A DNA stretch of 46,190 bases, taken from assembly GCA_041737685.1 (NCBI GenBank), contig JBGSRG010000240.1:1-46190 (forward strand). The letters are read 5' to 3'. This stretch comes from Phycisphaerales bacterium (lineage in GTDB: Bacteria > Planctomycetota > Phycisphaerae > Phycisphaerales > UBA1924). Within the stretch, counting starts at the first letter, position 1; each line of letters opens with the position of its first letter. The position numbers were made by a program, and so were the translations under genes. Below, one piece after another: positions 6,570 to 14,006 of this stretch. The notes under the pieces were generated by a model that was not told where the DNA came from, made no database searches, and saw only the letters and a list, made by a program, of their open reading frames with translations.

Positions 6570-9230
6570 ATGACGGCGGCATCTACAGCAAAAGCTGACG
6601 GCGCTTGCTCAGAGCGATCTGTGCGGCTGAAGGTGCTGAGCGTCCATGCCGAGGGTTCGGCCAGCGATGGCGCTGGGGGTCGGAATGCGTGGCAGGCGGG
6701 TCATGGCACGATCGCCCACTCCAAGACCGGCAAGTGGCGCGCGGCTGTGCTGATCTTGGTCCACCTGGTCATTCTTGCGCACGTGATTCAGTGGCTGCTG
6801 ACGGGCATGACGCTCTCACCGGTGGAGCCGAGCGAGAGCATGCAGACGCTTCGCGAGGGGGCCGTGAACGCGGGCTTTGTGATGTTTCTGCTTGCGCTGT
6901 CGTCGACGGCGTTGTTGGGTCGGTGGTTCTGCGGCTGGGCGTGCCATGTGGTGGCGTTGCAGGATGCCTCTGCGTGGGCAATGATGAAGTTGGGTGTGAA
7001 GCCCAAGCCGTTCCGGTCGAGGCTGCTGTTGTGGGCACCGTTGGGTGTTGCGTTGTACATGTTTGTGTGGCCGGTGTTCCATCGCGATGTGCTGCGGCCG
7101 GTCTTTGGGGATGAGTGGGGGCGTCTGCCGCTTTGGCTGGGTCAAAGCGATCCGATGCCGACGATCCGGACCGAGTTTCTCGTGCAGGACTTCTGGGCGA
7201 CTTTCCCGGCGTGGTACACCGCGATCCCCTTTTTCTTCGTGATCGGCTTTGCGTGCGTGTACTTTTTGGGCAGCAAGGGCTTCTGCACGTATGGGTGTCC
7301 GTATGGCGGGTTCTTCGTGCCGGTGGATCGTCTGGCGATTGGCCGGATTCGCGTGAACGACGATTGCAACCAGTGCGGACACTGCACGGCGGTGTGCACC
7401 TCGAACGTGCGCGTCCACGAGGAGGTCCGCGACTTTGGCACCGTGATGGACCCCGGCTGCATGAAGTGCATGGACTGTGTGAGCGTGTGCCCGAACGATG
7501 CGCTGCGATTTGGTGTCGGTGCCCCTGCGTTTTTGACCAAGCCGAAAGATGACTCAGCGAAGCAACGCGCGGCGAAGGCACGCGCTGCGCGAGAAGCGAG
7601 GTATGACCTGACCAAGAGAGAGGAGTGGGCTTTCGCGGGCTTGTTCCTGGTGGTGCTGATGAGTTTCCGCGGCTTTCTGAACGAAGTGCCGCTGCTGATG
7701 GCCGTGGGGATGGCGGGCGTGGGGACGTTTCTCATACACAAGTGCTGGCGGCTGATCCGCGAGCCCTCGGTGCGCATGGTGAATCTGCAACTGAAGGTGA
7801 AGGGCCGGATGCGTGCTGTCGGTTGGGCGACGATCGCGCTGACGATCGTGTTTGTAGCCGTGGGTGCGTGGTCGGGCGTGGTTCGCTGGCACACCTGGCG
7901 CGCAGGGCAGTTGTACGCGCAGATGACGGTGCCGCTGAACGCGGTCTTTCGGCCCGAGTTTCAGGTCTCAGAGTCGCAGCGCGTGGTGGCCGAGCGATTG
8001 GTTTCGCACTACCAGCGTGCCGATTCGTTTGGTGCGTACGCGGGCCGCGGCATTGGCTGGGGCCTGAACGCCGACCAGCGATTGAACCTTGCCTATGGCC
8101 TGTGCGTGCTGGATGAACTGGAGGCGGCGGAGCGCGAGTTCGAGCGAGTGGTGCGGACAGGTTCGCCTCGAGATGGGCTGGTGTTTCAGTTGGCGCAGGT
8201 GTCGAGCGCACTGGGCCGCTCGCAAGAAGACATCCAGACCATGATGGAATCGGCACTTCGCGAGCACCCTGACTTGGACGATGTTCGTGCCACGCTGGCG
8301 GCGGAAGTTTTGCGGACCACTCCCGAGCGGGCGGACCGCGCGGTAGCGATGTGGGACGAGCGTCTGATGCAGCGACATCTGGACGCGGGGACGTATCTGG
8401 CCGCGGCTCGCACCATGCTGCAAGCACAACGAACCGAGCGAGCGCAAGCGTTAACCGAGAAGGCGATTGCCGTATCGGACAAGCGCATGGATGCCGACGG
8501 ATTGTTGCAGGTTGCGAGGTTGCGATTGGCCGCGGGCAAGGCGGATGAAGCGGCAACGCTGATTGAGCGGGCGGTGAAGATGCCGACCAATCGCGGCAAC
8601 AACGCCATCGCCGCAGCGGGCTTGTTTTCGCAGATGAACCGGGAAGATCGCGTGAGCGCGATGACGACCGACGCGACAGACCGCGCTGAGAAACTTGGCC
8701 CCCACTCGGGGCAGGCGAGTGTCTTTGTCTCGGCGGCGCAGATGCTGACGCAGCGGGGCAAGTTGGAAGAGGCCGCCGCGATGTACGAGCGTGCGGCGCG
8801 GGCAGTGGGCTATAGCGCTTGGGACGTTGGGTCGATCGGCCTTGCGATGGCGCAGACCGCGCAGTCGGCGCGCGAGTCGGGTGCCTCGCAGCGCGAAGGT
8901 GTCAGCGCGGCGATCACTCGGTTGACGGAGAGCGCGGTTTCGGCGCTGGAGCGCGCGTGCGAGATTGAGCCGGACGCGTCAACGCTGCGGCACGATCTGG
9001 CACAGGCGTACCTCGCGGCGGGGAAGAACGATCTGGCCGTGTCAGCGCTGGAGACCGCCGCAAAGGCGGGCGACAGGAACCCGGAACTGGCTGCGCGCAT
9101 GGCCCAGTTGCTGGGCTATCTGGGTCGGGGCGCCGAGGCGAACCGATGGGTGGCCGAGGCTCAGAAGCGGGTGCAAGCGATGAATGATCGCGAGGCTGAG
9201 GCTACGAAGAAGCCGAATCCCGCCACGTGA
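6570..9230 (+). CDS. Polytopic 4Fe-4S membrane protein (NapH/CcoG-like core) fused to a C-terminal TPR-like repeat region
   Basis: The ORF is 6429..9230. I prefer ATG 6570 (GGGAGA upstream), which avoids overlap with the previous gene. Motifs are GRWFCGWACH, KGFCTYGCPYGG, CNQCGHCTAVCTSN and CMKCMDCVSVCPNDA. There are several hydrophobic helices, and the last roughly 450 aa are Ala/Leu/Arg-rich helical repeats of TPR type. Confidence 0.75.
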   Translation: MTAASTAKADGACSERSVRLKVLSVHAEGSASDGAGGRNAWQAGHGTIAHSKTGKWRAAVLILVHLVILAHVIQWLLTGMTLSPVEPSESMQTLREGAVNAGFVMFLLALSSTALLGRWFCGWACHVVALQDASAWAMMKLGVKPKPFRSRLLLWAPLGVALYMFVWPVFHRDVLRPVFGDEWGRLPLWLGQSDPMPTIRTEFLVQDFWATFPAWYTAIPFFFVIGFACVYFLGSKGFCTYGCPYGGFFVPVDRLAIGRIRVNDDCNQCGHCTAVCTSNVRVHEEVRDFGTVMDPGCMKCMDCVSVCPNDALRFGVGAPAFLTKPKDDSAKQRAAKARAAREARYDLTKREEWAFAGLFLVVLMSFRGFLNEVPLLMAVGMAGVGTFLIHKCWRLIREPSVRMVNLQLKVKGRMRAVGWATIALTIVFVAVGAWSGVVRWHTWRAGQLYAQMTVPLNAVFRPEFQVSESQRVVAERLVSHYQRADSFGAYAGRGIGWGLNADQRLNLAYGLCVLDELEAAEREFERVVRTGSPRDGLVFQLAQVSSALGRSQEDIQTMMESALREHPDLDDVRATLAAEVLRTTPERADRAVAMWDERLMQRHLDAGTYLAAARTMLQAQRTERAQALTEKAIAVSDKRMDADGLLQVARLRLAAGKADEAATLIERAVKMPTNRGNNAIAAAGLFSQMNREDRVSAMTTDATDRAEKLGPHSGQASVFVSAAQMLTQRGKLEEAAAMYERAARAVGYSAWDVGSIGLAMAQTAQSARESGASQREGVSAAITRLTESAVSALERACEIEPDASTLRHDLAQAYLAAGKNDLAVSALETAAKAGDRNPELAARMAQLLGYLGRGAEANRWVAEAQKRVQAMNDREAEATKKPNPAT

Positions 9231-9350
9231 TGCGGACAGGCTTACCCGCGGTGCTCATTGGACCCTTGCAAACTCCGAACGCAGAAGGATTTTCGCCGGT
9301 TTGGCGCGCCGCAGAGATTGGTGATTGCAGAAAGTTTGGGAGCCGGGCCG

Positions 9351-9569
9351 ATGATCCTCATCGCACGGAGCGCGAGCGTCAATATGCCAAAGACGGCCGA
9401 CGAAAAAATGGAATCGCTGGACAGGTCACTCCGGAACTACCGGATTCTGTCTATTGCCCTGTTCGTGCTGCTGATGGTTACACAGCGGCAGCGGATTGTG
9501 GGCTGGATCGACCGCGCTGAGGGCTGGGTGGGAAATGTGGCGAGCGTGAGCGCCGCGCCTCCGAACTGA
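9351..9569 (+). CDS. Hypothetical small membrane protein (72 aa)
   Basis: ATG 9351 lies 8 nt after GGGAG (9338-9342). The product is MILIARSASVNMPKTADEKMESLDRSLRNYRILSIALFVLLMVTQRQ... with one hydrophobic helix. I recognise no homology. A weak hairpin (CTGGC..GCCAG) follows the stop. Confidence 0.35.
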   Translation: MILIARSASVNMPKTADEKMESLDRSLRNYRILSIALFVLLMVTQRQRIVGWIDRAEGWVGNVASVSAAPPN

Positions 9570-9831
9570 GTGGCTGGCGTTCTTTGCCAGTTGCGATCTC
9601 AGTCGGTAGCCTTTTTCGTCATTGGCCTTCTCAGCGAACCGGCCGTGTTGTCCAGCAGATCGCAAGGGCAATCGATCGCAAACGAGAATTACTTCTCGCG
9701 TTGGAGCCGATGCACTGATTTGGCTTCTGCTGCGTGTTGATGCTCCGTCGCAGAACGTTTGAGCCATGTTTGGGTAGCGACTGGCTGGCTCACCTACGAC
9801 GCGCCGTAAGCCCTTTGGGCTACGCTCAGGC

Positions 9832-10722
9832 ATGGTCAAAGAGTGCTGTGTTGGACCGGTTTCCATTGTTCGTGGCGACGCTGTTCGTCCTCTGACGATC
9901 ATCGGCGGGCCGTGCGTTCTGGAATCGAAGGAACTTGGCCTTGAGGTCGGGGCTTCGCTCGACGCGCTGTGCCGCGAACTGGGCTTGGCGTATGTCTTCA
10001 AGGCGAGTTTCGACAAGGCCAATCGGTCGAGCATTTACTCTGCAAGAGGGCCGGGTTTGGAGCGTGGCTTGACGTGGCTTTCGGAGATTGGCAGCGAGTT
10101 GGGCGTGCCGCTGACGACCGACGTTCACGAGATGGACCAGGCCGAGCCGGTTGCTCAGCGGATTGATCTGCTTCAGATTCCCGCATTTTTGTGCCGGCAG
10201 ACTGATCTGATCGTTGCCGTGGGGCGTGCTGCGGCCAAGCATGGGCGGGCGGTGAACATCAAGAAGGGCCAGTTTCTATCGGCAAAGGAGATGGCCGGGC
10301 CGGTGTTCAAGTTGGCGCAGGCAGGCTGTGAGAACGTGCTGCTCACCGATCGAGGCACGTTCTTTGGCTATGGCCGCCTGGTCAATGACTTTGTGGGAAT
10401 CGCTGAGATGATGGACCTGAGCGTGGCGGGGCCGCAGGGTCAGAAGTGGGGCGGTGCGCCGGTGTGTCTGGATTGCACACATTCGACCCAGCGACCGGGC
10501 GGCAGCGTGACCGACGGCGACTGGCGGTATGCACCGATGCTCGCACGCGCGGCGGTGGCGTCGGGCGTGGATGCGCTGTTTATGGAAGTTCATCCTGATC
10601 CACCAAAGGCGATGTCGGACGCGGCGACGCAGATTCCGTTGAGCGAGGCCAAGAGAGTTTTGACCGAGGTGGCGGGGCTTCGGCGTGCGATGGCGGGTCT
10701 GCTTGCTCCGGCGGCGCGGTGA
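9832..10722 (+). CDS. kdsA: 3-deoxy-8-phosphooctulonate (KDO-8-P) synthase
   Basis: The translation contains IIGGPCVLES, VFKASFDKANRSS, DVHE, LLQIPAFLCRQTDL and NIKKGQF. The length is 296 aa. Confidence 0.92.
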   Translation: MVKECCVGPVSIVRGDAVRPLTIIGGPCVLESKELGLEVGASLDALCRELGLAYVFKASFDKANRSSIYSARGPGLERGLTWLSEIGSELGVPLTTDVHEMDQAEPVAQRIDLLQIPAFLCRQTDLIVAVGRAAAKHGRAVNIKKGQFLSAKEMAGPVFKLAQAGCENVLLTDRGTFFGYGRLVNDFVGIAEMMDLSVAGPQGQKWGGAPVCLDCTHSTQRPGGSVTDGDWRYAPMLARAAVASGVDALFMEVHPDPPKAMSDAATQIPLSEAKRVLTEVAGLRRAMAGLLAPAAR

Positions 10723-10918
10723 GCGGGTGATGGCCGTTGTCACGGCTCGATTCGGAGCAGGCACGACGGAACACTTTGCGTGTGCCTCAAAGCAACAACG
10801 CCCGGCGAGACCAGGCGTTGTGAGCATGACGCTTTGAATGTGCTTGAGGTGGTCGGTCTTGCGGGCTACTTGGGAAGCGTGTCAAAACCCGCGATCGGGC
10901 CTGCTTTCACGCCCGCGT

Positions 10919-11194
10919 TCAGGCCGTCAGCCAGACCGGGCGCGGCATGTCGGCGTCGTCGGGCAAGATGCTGACCTTGCGGCCCTGGAACTTCACCTTG
11001 CCGGGTGTGAGAGCAAAGAGGCTGTCATCGCGGCCGATGCCGACCATGAAGCCCGGGCGGTGCTTGGTCCCGCGCTGCCGAACGATGATGGAGCCAGCGT
11101 TGGCTTTTTCGCCGCCGTAGAGCTTGACTCCCAGATACTTCGGGTTGGAGTCGCGACCGTTCTTGGTCGAGCCTTGTCCCTTTTTGTGTGCCAT
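10919..11194 (-). CDS. rpmA: 50S ribosomal protein L27
   Basis: From ATG 11194 the translation is [48 protein letters not shown], a canonical L27. Confidence 0.95.
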   Translation of the reverse strand: MAHKKGQGSTKNGRDSNPKYLGVKLYGGEKANAGSIIVRQRGTKHRPGFMVGIGRDDSLFALTPGKVKFQGRKVSILPDDADMPRPVWLTA

Positions 11195-11330
11195 AGCGTT
11201 GTTTCCAGTACCAAAGGGCGAGCGGGCCGAAGACCCGAGAGCCGGACGAAACTTGGGATGATCAATCGCCGAAGCCCACTTCACATCGGCGGTTTCGCCT
11301 TGATTGACGGGCCGAGATGGTAGACCAGAT

Positions 11331-11954
11331 TTATCGCATGATCCAGGACTTGGTTTCGAGCATGAGTGGCCGCAGGCGCTGTCCTTCGAGCGTACCCGGA
11401 ACCCGGAAATCCAGTCGTAAAGTCTTGCGGAGAATGAATTTCTGCGACGTGCCGTCGGCGTCGTTGATTTCGACGGTGGCGGTTTCGCCCGAGAAGCCCG
11501 CCGCGTAGACGATCATGGCTTGTGGGTTCAGATCATTGAGGGACCAGATGACGAAGCCGTCTTTGCCGTTCTCCTTACCCTGGGTCAGTTCGCCGATGAT
11601 CGAGATTTGGTCTTCTGCGAGCGGATTCTGAACCAGATCGAAGACCGTCTTCGTTGCGGCCTGTGGCACGTCGCGACCTGATCGGGCGACGTTGCCTTCG
11701 CCGTCGGAGAGCTCGAAACTCGGGGCAAACAGCACGTCCTGGCCGGCGTTGTTGACGACGCGGTAGGTCATGTAGGCATAGATTCGATAGCCGACGTTCG
11801 GCACGTCAACCGAGACCACTCGCATCGGGCCGGGTTCAATTTCGAGTTGCCAGTGCTGCGGCACGGGTGCGGGCTCTGGGGCCAATGCACCCGCAAGAGC
11901 GGCGAAAGCGAGCAACAGCGCTGAGAGCATGACTTGCGGGAGGATTCGCTGCAT
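11331..11954 (-). CDS. Hypothetical secreted protein
   Basis: The N-terminal signal peptide is [25 protein letters not shown] (alternative ATG at 11930). The rest is beta-rich with no recognisable catalytic motif. Amino-acid usage looks like a real coding frame, unlike the antisense frames. Confidence 0.6.
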   Translation of the reverse strand: MQRILPQVMLSALLLAFAALAGALAPEPAPVPQHWQLEIEPGPMRVVSVDVPNVGYRIYAYMTYRVVNNAGQDVLFAPSFELSDGEGNVARSGRDVPQAATKTVFDLVQNPLAEDQISIIGELTQGKENGKDGFVIWSLNDLNPQAMIVYAAGFSGETATVEINDADGTSQKFILRKTLRLDFRVPGTLEGQRLRPLMLETKSWIMR

Positions 11955-12045
11955 GATGGGTACCGCCGAGGGGTGGGAGAGGGAGTGAGTTGGCCGTCGC
12001 GGGAGGGCCGGATTCGGCTTTGAGCGGAGCAGGGTAGGGATTCAA

Positions 12046-12343
12046 CGTGGATACTGGCCTTGATCAGGTGCCTCGATCACAGGCCCGGATCGCAGGTGTG
12101 GATCGCAGGTGTGGATCGTTGGACAGTCTCGAAGTCGGCAAAGTGTACACTCTGTCAGCGTCAGAAGTGCCCGCGTGGACGATCGGCTTTGCTCACAAAG
12201 CACGCTGAAGCGGGCGGTCAAAGTTGCCCTTAAGTTGAGCGTGGATTGAACTCTCACCCCCAAGACACGCCCGTAGGACCGTCGAAAATGCGTTCGGTCA
12301 CGTCTGAGCGGGGCGTAAACGAGATGGATAAGGACGTTTATCC
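12046..12343 (+). promoter_or_regulatory. Cluster of DnaA-box-like motifs (candidate oriC or DnaA-regulated region)
   Basis: Matches to TGTGGATAA, all on the + strand: cGTGGATAc 12046-12054, TGTGGATcg 12097-12105, TGTGGATcg 12110-12118 and gaTGGATAA 12323-12331 (2 mismatches each). Weaker matches are cGTGGAcgA 12173-12181 and cGTGGATtg 12240-12248. There is also the inverted repeat GGATAA-N6-TTATCC at 12326-12343. Confidence 0.4.
12087..12118 (+). repeat. Tandem direct repeat, 2.5 copies of the 13-nt unit GGATCGCAGGTGT
   Basis: Read directly: copies at 12087-12099 and 12100-12112, then a partial copy GGATCG at 12113-12118. Each unit junction creates TGTGGATCG. Confidence 0.9.
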
Positions 12344-13562
12344 GGCGGCGGCATCATTGTCTGGGCCATTGACCCCTATGCCAGAATCCCGCGTCGCGGT
12401 GGTTCAGATTGAGCAGAAGGACCGTGCGGCGGCCGCGGCACGGTTGATGGCGGATCAGCATCCCGATCCGTATCACGCGGGCGAGCGGTTTCTGCAAGCG
12501 GCCTCGGCGTTGAAACTCGACCTCCGCTGGTTCTGGGGAGTGCCGGACGCGACGGGCGTTTCGGAGTTTTCGCAGGTGCTGCTTGCGATTATCGGCTCGG
12601 GTCGCACCGCGATGCTGTTTCTTTCGCCGGCAGCGCACTCCAAGGGTTTGTGGCGGTCGTTGGGGCGTGGAATGGTAAAGGAGGAGTCGGTGCGGGCGAG
12701 GTTGGAGCGTGTAACGCTGCTGGAGCGAGCGATCACTTCGCTGGGTGGAGTTGGGAGCGGCTCTGGGACTGGGGACGGTGGGCCGGGTGCCGGGAGCATC
12801 GCGCTGGTGCAAGCGCTGTTAGAGCCGCCCGCGGGGGCTGTTGGGGAAGCGTTTGAGGCCGGAGGCTTTTTGCGACTGGGTGATCTGGCGTACTTGCGGA
12901 AGCCCTTTGTGCCGACGAGCGTGCTTGAGGGCGCGAGTTTGCACGCGGGCGTGATGATGGGGCCGTGGCCAAAGGGTGTAGAGGTGCTTTCGCTCGCAGC
13001 TCTGCTGGGCGCTGGCGAGGTGGCCAGCATGGACGAGCGCATCGAAGACGAGCGCGTCGATGCGATGCTGATTCGGGCGCTTGAACGCAGTTACATCGAC
13101 ACGCTCGACTGCCCGGAACTGTGCGGGCTGCGGACGATCGAGGACGTGCTGGTCTCGCACAAGGGCGTTGGTCAGCTGGACCCACGGCTGTGGTGGCTGG
13201 TGTTACACGAGGGTCAGGCGGCGGGGTGTGTGATGTTCACGCCGGTGCGCGAGACAGACTCGGTAGAACTGGTATATCTTGGCCTTGGCCCGGAACTTCG
13301 GGGGCTGGGGCTGGGCAAGCTGTTGCTGCGTGAAGCGATTGAGGCGGTTGAAGTTTGGTGGCATAGTGCGCAGCGCCGGGCGAATGCCGGGGCGGGCGCA
13401 AGCGCTGGTGCGAGTGACGTTGTTGCGGCTTCGCGCGTGGGCAACCTCAGTGGTGGCATCACGCTCGCGGTGGACGTGCGAAACGTGCCCGCGCTGAAAC
13501 TCTACCGAGCGGCGGGCTTTGTGCGCAGCGCGGTGCGCGTGCCGTTTGTTCGTTCGGTGTGA
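12288..13562 (+). CDS. GNAT-family N-acetyltransferase with a long N-terminal extension (possibly a degenerate second GNAT-like domain); start uncertain
   Basis: The C-terminal part has the GNAT core: VELVYLGLGPELRGLGLGKLLLREAIE...NVPALKLYRAAGF. The ORF-track start at 12246 is a TTG. In-frame ATGs are at 12288 (AGGA 9 nt upstream), 12324 and 12378. Confidence 0.7.
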   Translation: MRSVTSERGVNEMDKDVYPAAASLSGPLTPMPESRVAVVQIEQKDRAAAAARLMADQHPDPYHAGERFLQAASALKLDLRWFWGVPDATGVSEFSQVLLAIIGSGRTAMLFLSPAAHSKGLWRSLGRGMVKEESVRARLERVTLLERAITSLGGVGSGSGTGDGGPGAGSIALVQALLEPPAGAVGEAFEAGGFLRLGDLAYLRKPFVPTSVLEGASLHAGVMMGPWPKGVEVLSLAALLGAGEVASMDERIEDERVDAMLIRALERSYIDTLDCPELCGLRTIEDVLVSHKGVGQLDPRLWWLVLHEGQAAGCVMFTPVRETDSVELVYLGLGPELRGLGLGKLLLREAIEAVEVWWHSAQRRANAGAGASAGASDVVAASRVGNLSGGITLAVDVRNVPALKLYRAAGFVRSAVRVPFVRSV

Positions 13563-13634
13563 CACGTTGTTGGTTGAAGCCGATCATGCGAATGCGCGTT
13601 TGTCAACCCCCTTTCCACGGATTGTTCGGTTGGC

Positions 13635-13675
13635 TGTGGGAAACAGTGGACAACTTTTTTTGTTTTGCGTAAACC
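13635..13675 (+). promoter_or_regulatory. Two adjacent DnaA-box-like 9-mers followed by the most T-rich tract of the region (possible DUE), upstream of dnaA
   Basis: TGTGGgaAA at 13635-13643 and aGTGGAcAA at 13645-13653 each have 2 mismatches to TGTGGATAA. They are followed by CTTTTTTTGTTTTGCGTAAA (13654-13673) in an otherwise GC-rich 444-nt intergenic region. Confidence 0.35.
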
Positions 13676-14006
13676 CCTCTGGGAATCGACGAAGCGTGCG
13701 AAGAGTCGCTCGGAAGGAGCGCAGGCCGTTGAGTTTGCGGGCCGAAGGCGGTACGCTCTGCCCCCGGTCACGGACGCCGACCAACGCCCGATGTTCTTGG
13801 GGTCGTTCGAGAGATGAGTTGGCATGAATCACGGCTTTACGTAGACCGGAGCCTTCTTCGGTTGAGGCCGTGCATCGATTGCTCTGAACGACCCGGGAAG
13901 ATCGTGTGACGACGAATGGATTCGCGTGCATTGCTAGCCCACGCTTGTGCGCTGGATTACCGTGTTTCAGAACGGAACTCCGCACAGGCTCATTTGACGC
14001 GACGAG

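Noticed and set aside
10794-10822. Hairpin ACAACGCC-N11-GGCGTTGT between convergent kdsA and rpmA as a terminator
   Set aside because: The stem is only 8 bp with a large 11-nt loop and no U-tract on either strand. It is too weak to list as a feature.
12087-12118. Possible CRISPR or other repeat array (13-nt tandem repeat; also the 9-nt repeats at 14484-14510)
   Set aside because: The units are directly abutting, with no spacers, are far too short, and have only 2.5-3 copies. There are no cas genes. The second set is in-frame coding low complexity within dnaA.
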